Assembly: GCA_040285825.1 (NCBI GenBank)
Contig: JAUPSS010000005.1
Coordinates: forward strand, 1,550,001-1,614,000
Source of the DNA: Eukaryota sp. TZLM1-RC
Lineage: Eukaryota > Protista > Metamonada: BaSk clade
Direction: 5' to 3'
Length of the DNA stretch: 64,000 nucleotides
The notes under the pieces are model-generated. The model had not been told where the DNA came from. It saw only the letters and a list, made by a program, of their open reading frames with translations, and made no database searches. How positions within the stretch are numbered: the first letter of the stretch is position 1; the number at the start of each line of letters is the position of its first letter. This document shows, one piece after another, positions 10,986 to 21,129 of the stretch. The position numbers were made by a program, and so were the translations under genes.

Positions 10986-12338
10986 CTACATAACACAACA
11001 TTTTGAGCTAGGCACGTGATCATGACAACTCACCTGACCTTCCCAAAACCTTATATCTTCTTCATTTCCAAAGCTCTTAACATACCATAAAGCTTTTTCT
11101 TTTGCTCGATAAAGACCCCCTTCTGCTGCCCTTTTCCAACAATCAAAAGCGTCTTTTGATTGTTCGTTCGCCCAGTAATAATTACCCAGCTCCATCCAAC
11201 CTTCACTCCTTCCACCCTCTCCAGCAGATTTGAACAACTCACACGCTTTGCCTTCATCGTCATTCTTTATTAGTAAACCCAATTGCACCATGGCTTCTGG
11301 GTTATTGTATCGCTCCACAGCCTTTTCAAAGCATTCCTTAGCTTGGCTTGTATTCCGAGAACAGCCTATCCCATTTAACAAACACTTACCCAAAGGTACC
11401 AGAGCTGGATAAAAGTCCACATCACAAGCTTGCTGAAACCAATAGAAAGCTTCATAATGATCAACTTCAGTTCCATAAGCATGGAGATAACACAGTGCAA
11501 CTTTGTACATTGCCTGAGGAAGACCTTTTTCTGCAAATGTCAAATAAAGTCTGAAAGATTCTTCTAGACGGTCAAAATCTTGTTCCAACAACTCTGCCCT
11601 CTTAAACCCAGCTAACGGATGACCCTTTTCTGCTGCTCTCTTGTAATAAGACATTGCGGTTTCCTCGTCTTCATTTACCGCTATTCCATGTAGATACCAC
11701 TGACCACAATCAAACAATGCTTCACTAAATCCATTCTCTGCTGCCTTGGTTAGGTAAGAAAGAGCTGTGGAAGGGTCTTTATCACAACCCAACCCGTGGA
11801 GAAGCATTAGTGAAAGGAGGTATTGCTCAATGAAATTATTAGGATTTTGTGCTGCATCAAATGTTGATTCAAATATATTAGAATAGTTAGAGCAATTAGA
11901 GCCAGCACGTTCAAAACACTTCTTGGCTTTTGAATGGCTGATTGGGCATCCTATTCCATAACGATAACACTCACCCAGGGCAATGAAGCATAAGGGGTCA
12001 TTGATGAGAGAGGTGGCATCATGGAGCTTTTCAAAGGCACGGAGGGTGTTGAGCTTTACTCCAAGACCATTCTTGAGGGAAAGAGCACACATGAAGATGG
12101 ACTTTGGGTGGAGAGAGCGGGAGGCATTGTTGAACTTGGTGAAGGCTTCCTCTAGTTGACCATTCATGAATTGGCATGAACCTGAAATGTAGAGGGAACA
12201 TGGGTCATTGAATTCAGCACCTTTAAGTGCCCAGAAGAGGGCCTTGGACAGGTCGTAATCACGGTTGAAATAGGATGACTTGAACAATGATGACACTGTT
12301 TCAATATCTATACTTTCGAGGTCGTCGCACAACGTCAT
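10986..12338 (-). CDS. Sel1-like repeat protein ending in a CaaX motif
   Basis: Multiple LGECYRYGIG / YLHGIAVNEDEETAMSYYKRAAEKG repeats. Ends CCVM*. First ATG at 12338. Confidence 0.88.
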   Translation of the reverse strand: MTLCDDLESIDIETVSSLFKSSYFNRDYDLSKALFWALKGAEFNDPCSLYISGSCQFMNGQLEEAFTKFNNASRSLHPKSIFMCALSLKNGLGVKLNTLRAFEKLHDATSLINDPLCFIALGECYRYGIGCPISHSKAKKCFERAGSNCSNYSNIFESTFDAAQNPNNFIEQYLLSLMLLHGLGCDKDPSTALSYLTKAAENGFSEALFDCGQWYLHGIAVNEDEETAMSYYKRAAEKGHPLAGFKRAELLEQDFDRLEESFRLYLTFAEKGLPQAMYKVALCYLHAYGTEVDHYEAFYWFQQACDVDFYPALVPLGKCLLNGIGCSRNTSQAKECFEKAVERYNNPEAMVQLGLLIKNDDEGKACELFKSAGEGGRSEGWMELGNYYWANEQSKDAFDCWKRAAEGGLYRAKEKALWYVKSFGNEEDIRFWEGQVSCHDHVPSSKCCVM

Positions 12339-12600
12339 TGATACTAAATAAAGGACACCTTTAGAGTTAGCCAAAGAAGTTCCAGAAATCGTGAGGTGGT
12401 GATCTTGGATAGTTGTGAAAAGGATATCTTGTATTTTTTGAACAAATGAAATCTGATTTACTGAGAATTTCACACAGAGTGAATATTGAATAAATATCCC
12501 TAATAATTGTGTAAACTTCTCAGCACCAAGGGTTAGTATACACTAAACACCTTGGAAATACGTTGATTGATCATTATTAATGAAATACAATCTGATTGAC

Positions 12601-12756
12601 ATTGTGTTTTCTATTTTTAAGAGGATGTTGAAGATAGTTTCTGATGCTTTGCTTTCTCTTGGATCTCACTATGAGAAAGTTGCATCTAGTGTTTTTGTTT
12701 TGGGAGAGATGGATTTTTTAGATGTTGATTTATAGGTTTTTAATAAAATTAGAATT
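12601..12756 (+). mobile_element. 3' tip of RLE retrotransposon (52.6-kb subfamily)
   Basis: Near-identical to 53392-53546, including the stop codon and AATAAA. Confidence 0.85.
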
Positions 12757-13248
12757 AATAAAAAAATCTGATTGACAAGATTCAAATTGAAACAAAAACC
12801 AGCTAGCATAACAACTGCCAAACCCTTAAAGATTTGTCTTGGGAATGAGTCTAAATTCATCATCATGTGATAGACGACGTACTGTGTGTTATTGAAAACT
12901 CCCAGTTGTTGTGTGTATAATCTTTAAATTCAAAAAGCTAGATTTTCAATCTAACGTACTGCGTCAACTAAATTTAATTAATAACCATGTTTTTACAATT
13001 ACGTAGTGTTTAGAACAATTTAGTATAGTTGGTTTAGTTGTACCCCAAAGATGTACTACTTGTTAAGACGAATGCTTTTATTGTTGTTGAAAGAGTGTAA
13101 GGATATACTTTAAACCATAAATTCATAAATCTCTACTCAACACGTATATGTACTTCCGTTGGCTGTTGAAAAAACAGATATTGACCTGCAAATTTCAAAC
13201 AATGCATTTTATTTACAAATAATACTATGCAATAAATGGAATAAAACT

Positions 13249-14956
13249 CTACAACAAACACTCTTCTAAATCCTCATCCAATAAAGTCATTTCCTTTGGC
13301 CTTCTAATGAAGAGAGAAATACCAATAGAAAGAATAGCGGAAACCATGACTGCAGCTCCTAAAATGTAAGGTAATTGATTAGCAGGGATGTAAAACTTGC
13401 CATCTTCGAGTTTCATTGGACATCTGAAATCAGGAGAATTCTTGATAAAGTGTTCAAAAGCACTTCTTGAAGAAGCAAACTTGGAGGTGTATTTTTCGTA
13501 ATCCCAATCCTTTGAAGGATCAATAACCTTTAAAACTTGTTGTAGCTTAACCGCAGTGTATTCATCAGTAACAACATCATAAGCGGGATAGCCATCTTCA
13601 TACCAGACATGGTAGTAATTTGGGAGTCTATTGGAACCATCTTCAGAAACACCATAATCACCAAAGAAGTGGAGAGAATGGAGCAAATCTTGAAGTTGTT
13701 TGAGAGAGAGCTCATAGAAAACGACATAGGGATTATCAAATGGATCAATCGCCATAACATCATCACGAGTAACTTCTCCTTCATACATATGAGTTCTAAT
13801 GGACCCAGTGTTCATAACAAAGATTTGTTGGTTGCTTGATTCAACCTCAACAGTGGGGAAAACATCATTAATGAACAACCTAAAGATAGAATTGGGATTG
13901 GAAATAGGCTCGTAACGACTGTAAGTACGTTTAGCACAACCAAAAACTTCACCAAGTTTTAAGTCGTTAAATTTCTTGTTGATAAACTTACGGATAGCAA
14001 CACCCTTTTTCGTGTCAAAGTGCTTCTCTTGAACATCAGCTTCTTTGATCAATTCTTCACGATTCGCCTTGATCCACTTATGATCTACATCTTGGAGCTC
14101 ACCAGTTTCTTCGTCAAGAGAGAAGGTAAGCTTTCCAATAGAATGGTAATAACAGCCACTTTCCATGGCGTAAGCGTTCCTGTCAAGCTGGTTCCATTGC
14201 TGCAAATGACGATGGCCCATCAAAAAGACAACACCAAGTTTGGGGTGAACGTTCCTAATGGCATTGAGGATAGTCTTGGTTTCCTTGTTAGTATGGGGGA
14301 AGTGGCACAAGACGACAATAAAGGCAACGTTCTTGTTGTTGTGAAGAATGGCCTTGAATTCAGGAGATTGGACAGTTTTCTGAACGGTTTCTACACGGGT
14401 GTTCTTGTGGGGATAGCGGTCATCATACATGAAACCAAAGGTGAGAATATGATGGCCAGAGGAAGGACCCTTGGCGATACGGTGGTTAGCGGCAAATAGC
14501 TTCTCATCTTGGTAGTAGATGTTGGCAGAGATCATGCGGCCGGAATGGAGATGGTTGTAGTTCTTCTTGATCCAGTCCATGGTGTCAGGAACACCGAGTT
14601 CGTGGTTTCCAATAGTGAGACCGTCATAAGGCAATTTTGCCGTTGTTTCAAGAATAACAGAACCAACGACATCAGTGGCATCAGAAAGGCCAGTACCCTG
14701 AGATAAAAAGAATGAGGAAAAAACATACTTGGACTTGATCACCGCTATCAAAGAGTAAGACATTTTCTTTCTTGGAAAGAGCAGTGCTATTAGTGTGCTC
14801 AATCATGGATTGTAAATCTCCAAAATCGGCGTCTTCAGTGGGATTGTGACGCTTGGGAAGGAGCCATCCATGGACATCAGTGGTATGGTAGATAGTGTAA
14901 GGAACACTACGGGCAAAAACTGCCGTGAGAAGTAGTACTAAGACAAGAAGTTTCAT
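13249..14956 (-). CDS. Secreted or membrane-anchored 5'-nucleotidase (calcineurin-like metallophosphoesterase), 2 exons
   Basis: Signal peptide MKLLVLVLLLTAVFA. Motifs TTDVHGW, DSGDQVQ|GTGLSD, GNHE, GHRH. 31-nt GT-AG intron at 14698-14728. C-terminal TM. Confidence 0.88.
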
Positions 14957-15184
14957 GGTGAAAGGAAAAACAGCAAACACCACAATTTTAATTATTTGAA
15001 TTCCAATTGGTTTTGTTATTCATTAAGGAAGTAATAAAATAACATCTTTTTCTAAACATACCCAGGTGAATCTCACTCCTAACTCTCTTCATGATATGAT
15101 CAGTTGCTGCCCTAACTTCTTATTTATTTTTTAATTCTGATACGGTGAAAAAGGAGTTATCGTAGAAGTTCAGGTATTGTATTT

Positions 15185-16235
15185 GTGAAAATACAATTTA
15201 TAAAAAATGGAGTCGATGCTTTCCCCCAATCATTCAATGGCAATTTTCCAGAAAAGAATTTTTTAAATTTAAAATACATTCTCCGAACATTACAGAAACG
15301 ATTAACTGGAATGTATGAAAAGGATCTTTATAATAATTTATGCAGCTCGGCTGTTTTAAATCAAGATCTTCACTCATTGTTATTGGAAAAGGGTGCTTGT
15401 GAAAATAAGTCATCAGATTCTTCACTTTTTGTAACCATTGCACCACGAAGTTTTGGATTGTGTACCACTAATGAAGCATTTGTAACAAAAATGAGATTAT
15501 ATTAGAATATCCCCATTAATCCATTGTTATAAAAAGAATAATGAATTTGTTCGAATTCACCTCAACTCACTTTGCGCCATGCTCTGAATTGTTCTAAATT
15601 GATAACTTATTGTTCTTCATTACATGATGCTGTTAGAGACACTGTTGTCAATATGGCACAAACTGCAAGAATATCGTGTGTCAAAGAGCCTCTGCTGAAG
15701 GAAACATCTTCTCTAAATTATTTTGGTTATGATAATAGAGGTGATGTATACTGTGATAGGTTTGATAATTCTGAAGCTATTGTTGACTTTGTCTCATGTA
15801 ATGTCGCAAATGATACTTTGGTTCACAGGAGAAAAATAATTCCTGTGAGTGCTCTTGATTTTAAAGCAAAACAAAAACATAGAAAATATGATAAAGATAT
15901 TGAAGAAGCTCATGTTGGTGGAAATACACAGCTAGTATTTATTGCTTTCCCTTTTTCGATAAACGGAAGATTATCAGTTGAAGCAGAAACTTTTTTGAAT
16001 GACTTCCAAAAAATGGTTCAAGAAGAAACAATGAATAGATTTGATATTTTTTGTGGCGTTCTCGGATTCAATTTGCCATTATTAATAGATTTTTCCGGTT
16101 TTTCCATTGAATAAGGGAAGCTTTAGCTAGATAGCAAGCAGATCAAGATTTTGTAGAGGAAATCTTGGTTCAATAATATTTGTCCCATTAGTTATGATTT
16201 AATTTAATATAGTGTGAAAGTTCAATAAATATCTT
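15185..16235 (+). mobile_element. Decayed 5'-truncated RLE non-LTR retrotransposon
   Basis: HALNC...LHDAVRD...KEP...RGDV...VDFVSC...KHRKY...FPFSINGRL. Stops and frameshifts present. Confidence 0.8.
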
Positions 16236-16254
16236 AAAATAATGAGAATAATTT

Positions 16255-16488
16255 TTTTAATTTATAGTTTGAAAATGCTTTCAATTCAGTACATCCATGT
16301 GCAGTTTATGATGTTATTCACAAAAACAAAAATTATCCAACTATTTCTATTTTTCTTATGCCAAAGCCAGTGAACTAATTTATGAATTTTACACACTATT
16401 TTCATCTACTGGAGTTAAGCAAGGTGATTTTCTTGGGACATTACTGTTCTGTTTAGCAATTCACAAGTCTTTTATTCATTTCAGTAAA
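16255..16488 (+). mobile_element. Reverse transcriptase fragment of an RLE element
   Basis: FENAFNSV and STGVKQGDFLGTLLFCLAI motifs. Confidence 0.75.
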
Positions 16489-16489
16489 C

Positions 16490-17420
16490 GTTAGCGCTGC
16501 AACACCCTGTTTCAGCGTTTTTGGCCCCGACCGCTGAATGAAACCACCTGAGCCAACAATGGTAGATTTTGGTGTCTCTCCACTCTTCTTGGCAATCAAG
16601 CCATCCAACTGCGAGAAGTCTTTTGTTAGTTTCTCGCTGACCGCTCTGTTATCTGGAAACGCAAGTTTTCAAGAGCTGTGCTCAGTTTCTAAGTTGCCCC
16701 TGGCCCAAGAAGTATACCGACTGTGTAGTTCAAGGGATTCAGCCAGATGAATTAATTTTGCAATGGTATGAAGAAATACACCAGCATATCTTGGTCCATT
16801 GGCTCAATATGACAGCCAACACCTATATTGGCGGTGGTGAAAATTTGTTCCAAAATTCAATAAGAAAACAACGATTTGCCAGCAATTTGGAGTCTGTTGC
16901 AACAATTTTTCAATCTGGCTTGAATATTTTACCTTTTTTGGAAGATAGCTGCCCTGATGTGATGAAAAGGCACTCTCTCTCCACTGTCCAGTTGGTTTCC
17001 ATGGTTGTGCAGCTTGACTGAAGAATAAGAAGCCTATTTCAAAAAGCTAAATATAACAATAAGCTTCTGAACAACCCTTATTGGTTTTTTAATAAATTCA
17101 AATTTTTGAACTACACCATTTTTCAATTGGTGATTCCTTGCGGTTTATGTTCACCCAGAAGGAAAAAAAACTTATGATAGGCCAAGTAAAGCGGAATTTG
17201 AGCCCAAGCGAATCTCTGGAAACTATGACTTTCATAACTCTGAAAGGATACGAAAATCCAATGTCCATAGAGCAGCAAATCCACAGAAAAGACCGCGGTT
17301 ATCATTGGATCAACAGACCAATTACAAAAATCCTTATGAAAATTTGTTTTTTGTAGCCATTGATCCCAACTACAGTTATCTTTATGGTTGGACTGCTGGT
17401 TCTTTCCGAAAACAATTCTC
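16490..17420 (+). pseudogene. Fanzor family B, N-terminal part (decayed)
   Basis: GC-rich hairpin at 16493-16519. Broken frames give LNILPF, YWFFNKFKFLNYTI..GDSLRFMF and RuvC-I-like FFVAIDPNYSYLYG. Confidence 0.5.
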
Positions 17421-18589
17421 TGGAGAGAAAAAGATAGCAACTGTGATTTCAATTCGACTGGAATTAATCCATTACTTATCTTTTCACACACCTAAAAAAT
17501 TTATGTTTTCTTTCACCAATATAGCCAACACATCCTCCATCATGGTAGTTTAACAGTGACTGGCAGCTTCAAGTCAAAGACAAGTCAACTGGCAGTTAGT
17601 TTCGTCCAGGAGTAACCTCCACGACAACTGGATGGACCTCAGATCTATGGACCCTTAGTGACTTTCTGTTTGTTGGTTTTGTTACATGTTATGGTGACAA
17701 ACAAAGCTCAACACTACAAAAGTTTATTGATATAGGCATTCTCTCCCTAAAGAAGTAAGGTTGATGTAAGACGTAAAAGGTCTCTGTTCATAAAGCTGTT
17801 GTAATGGCATCATATCATTTCTGTTACAAAAGAAGGAAAGTTAATTTTATTGTGTACAAGATGAACTGACATAAAATTATAGAAGGGTTTAGTCCACCTT
17901 CTTTGTCAATAGAAGCTATGTATCACTTATGAAAGAGCGTTTTGTGCGGTGAGTGAAAACTGAGTGAGTAAAAAAAGATTGTCCTTACAACCCACTCAAA
18001 AAGCGATCCTCAGAATGTAAAATAATATAGTGTAAACATTGTTCTCTAAATTTATTGCTTGCAAACCAATTTATAATGTATAATAAGCAATCCTGACACA
18101 AATGCGGCACAAACGACTATGAGCTAATCATTAACACAATTTTAAAAGTTGTTTACGAAGAGAATACAGAATTAGAACAAAATTAAATTAAATTAAATTA
18201 GAATTAGAATTAGAAAGAGCACCCCATAGAATTACTTGTTGAGCTTCATAGTTGCCCAATTCATCCTTTTCCAAGATCTTTGAAATTCGTTTTCTTATAC
18301 TCTTGTTTGTTGTACTTCCCAATGCTTCTACTACTTCTGCAATTGCTGGACGTCTTTGTTCATTCTTACTCAATTCTGTGACTAAGTCTGCTCTGATTTC
18401 AATGCTTCTTCTAATTTCTCATTAACGTTTACCTTTCTTTTTTGCACTTTTTCCATGAATCTTCCTTGGATCTAAATCTAACTTCCAATTGTTTTAATTG
18501 TTGTAGGACGATTTTGAAAAACTAATGGTAAAATTAACTATATCCTTATCTAAAATCGACCACCTTCAGTGAGCTCAAGATACCATTTT

Positions 18590-18835
18590 ACTCTGAGGCA
18601 GTCATCCAAAACGTTCTGGAATCGAGATAATAATTGTGCTCTAAATATTCTGATGTTGGCCGAAGACATTCTGTCTGGAAGAGAGAGATCAGAAGTGTTC
18701 AACAGGCAACAGTCTCAAACCATTGATATTGAACCCACTGATGCAAGCCTGAAAGATGTTGGAAAGGGTTCTGAAGGTGATGACATACCAATGAATCCGA
18801 TTCACAACCCGACCTGAATACGTTGAACGTATGTT
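18590..18835 (+). pseudogene. Fanzor family B, C-terminus plus structured 3' end
   Basis: FWNRDNNCALNILMLAEDILSGRERSEVFNR is the Fanzor RuvC-III C-terminal pattern. Followed by inverted repeats GAACCC/GGGTTC, TGAATCCGATTCA (18792-18804) and ATACGTTGAACGTAT (18818-18832). Confidence 0.72.
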
Positions 18836-18931
18836 GAGAAACAATGTATAGTTTTGAAGTATCTTAAACGATCAAAATATATGATATTGCAAAATACAAA
18901 ATTGCAATCATTGTGTTTTGTTTTCGACATA

Positions 18932-19381
18932 ATGGCTCAAGCAGCTTATCAACCTGTTCCTGCTGGTTTGGATGGTCAATTCCAGTCTGTTGACTTGGAT
19001 TCAGTTCCCCAAGAGGAGGAGACACTGTGGCAGGGAAGTCCTAGTGCAAGCCCTCTCAAGGTTCGATCTTCTTCTGTTGACCTCAGGTAGGGAAATCTTT
19101 TTTGACGTTTCTTATCTTAGAAATTCTGGCGTGATCGCTACACCTTAACAAGAAGGAAGCTCATTGTCATTAATAAAATCGGAGTCATTAGAGAACAGAC
19201 GCATGTGATCAGATTGTCACAGATCACCAATGTCCATATCGATACTGGATGTTGTAGACCTGTAGGTGATGTAATGGTATACCTTTCGTCTGGCAGACAT
19301 ATAGTTCTACACTGTTTACCTGACGCTAGTCATGTTTTTGAGTTGTTAGAAGCAGCCATTGACAATTCTTGTGAGAATTAA
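18932..19381 (+). CDS. Small bacterial-type PH (bPH_2-like) domain protein, 2 exons
   Basis: Removing 19061-19120 (GT..AG) gives ETLWQGSP...KFWRDRYTLTRRKL...IRLSQITNV...GDVMV...LPDASHVFELL*. Confidence 0.68.
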
Positions 19382-19640
19382 GCCTATGATGTATAGTAAA
19401 CCTCATGTAGTAAACTTTCCATATTACAAGTATTTGTTCCTTCTGTTTAATTGTAGTTTCTGAGTTGCATCGTAAGGAACGATGACTTGGAATAGAGATT
19501 GATTGTAGTTTTCGTTACAGCCCATCTGTGTGTAAAACACTTCATATTTTAGTGAAAAAGCTGACTACAACAGTGACCCAGACATTTCAAGAAACAAAGT
19601 ATCATTAAATGATTTTACCTCGACTCAATCAAATAACTTG

Positions 19641-20579
19641 ATGCAGATGGACGATTCGTCCCTGTTGTTACACTCCGATTCATCTCATTGCCTGGATAAA
19701 GCGCCTGATAGTGATACGTCCAAAGAGTCGTTACAGCATGTACTGCCTCAGTGGTTGTGGTTCCCACTCTCTCCTCTGATTTACATGTGCTTATCCAGAT
19801 TTCGTCGCAGAAAAAACCTCTTTCTGAAGTCATTGGTTCAGTCGTTAAATCCCTATCGTTCATGGCAAAGTTACCGGAAACGTGTTTTGTTGATGACTGC
19901 ACTTCCGTGGTTATTGTTTGCGCTTTTTTTGGTTGCTTTGCTCGTTGTTGCGGGTGTTCTAGGCTCTGATATTACTGATCCTTTCGGAGTTGTGGTTATC
20001 ACAACATTCGGCTGCTGGGTTCTACATTCCGTCTGCTTTTTGGTTTTGCTTATCATGTTATTACCATGTAAACTAAACTTTTTTCTGGGCAAGGCAATTG
20101 GACATGAATATAAGGAAATGCGTGATGCATTGAAAACTAAGGGAGCTTTAATCACTGTACCATCAAACAACTATTATTGGATTCCGTTTGGTCAACTTTT
20201 CTTTGCAGTTACAAATCGAACTGAGGCCCAGAAGTTCCGTAACCATCTCGCTACGTTCAGTGATCGTCAACTACGTTGCTTTAATTGGAACACAGCCCTC
20301 TCAATTTTGACATTTGACGCTATTATCACTTACTACCTGGTCATGGAGGTCTTTTACACAACTACTTTGGACTTTTGTTCTCCGTCTGCTCCAGTGTGTG
20401 GCTTTTATGTCTTTTATGTCTTTATTCTAAGCAACCTGCTGCTCCTCCCGATTGCAATAGTTGAAACCAAGCTAATGGGGTCTCTTCAATTAGGTAAGGA
20501 CGAGGTTCATGACAATAGAGTTGTGCGAAAGGCTCTGTCAAAGTATTTTGGAGAAGATGAACCTGAATCTCTGGTGTAA
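19641..20579 (+). CDS. Multi-pass membrane protein of unknown function
   Basis: 312-codon ORF with about 4-5 hydrophobic segments. Confidence 0.7.
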   Translation: MQMDDSSLLLHSDSSHCLDKAPDSDTSKESLQHVLPQWLWFPLSPLIYMCLSRFRRRKNLFLKSLVQSLNPYRSWQSYRKRVLLMTALPWLLFALFLVALLVVAGVLGSDITDPFGVVVITTFGCWVLHSVCFLVLLIMLLPCKLNFFLGKAIGHEYKEMRDALKTKGALITVPSNNYYWIPFGQLFFAVTNRTEAQKFRNHLATFSDRQLRCFNWNTALSILTFDAIITYYLVMEVFYTTTLDFCSPSAPVCGFYVFYVFILSNLLLLPIAIVETKLMGSLQLGKDEVHDNRVVRKALSKYFGEDEPESLV

Positions 20580-20745
20580 ATTATGTAAATTTAAATATTT
20601 GGTTTTTTAATCGTACACAATAATACCAATAGTACATGAACAAGTTCACATGCGTACTGTCCAAAAGTTGATTGTTTACATCACATTATGGGAGTTCAAC
20701 CGTGACTTAATTCACTCATGCTTGAACTAATGTCATCTTTCCTAT

Positions 20746-20932
20746 TGTTGCCAGAAAGTACATCTGCTAGCTGAAATTTATTAGTGTAAAAGGGTTAGGA
20801 TAAAGATAATTTTATTTAAACCTATAGTTATTATTAATATTTAATTAATTTATTTTATTTTATTTATTTATATTTATTTTTATATTTATTTTTATATTTA
20901 TATTTGAGGCATTCACTAGTGAGGTACCTACA
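20746..20932 (-). mobile_element. Probable solo LTR
   Basis: TG...CA ends with flanks CCTAT/CCAAT. Shares TGTTGCC, GCTAGCTG, GTTAGGATAAAGxTAATTTTATTTA and TCACTAGTGA with 26612-26729. Confidence 0.55.
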
Positions 20933-21034
20933 CCAATGTAAAGTGTGTTTTTGTACCTTATCTACACCAAATTTGTTTTTCTCCCAACACCAAATGAATA
21001 TTCTACTATATGATGTTATAGCATTTTGATCTAT

Positions 21035-21092
21035 AATTTTTTTAATTTTTTTAATTTTTAATTTTTTAATTTTTTTAATTTTTTTTAATTTT
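21035..21092. repeat. (T5-8 AA)n simple repeat
   Basis: Seen directly in the sequence. Confidence 0.85.
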
Positions 21093-21129
21093 GACAATAG
21101 TGAAACCAAGGTTGAATCATCAACATTGA

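Noticed and set aside
17590-17650. Hammerhead-like CTGAG-GTCCA...TGGAC-GAAAC on the minus strand
   Set aside because: The core lacks the full CUGANGA, and no convincing stems I/III or NUH site.
18188-18480. Minus-strand fragment RRPAIAEVVEAL resembling a kinase C-terminus
   Set aside because: Interrupted by stops, with no other kinase motifs.
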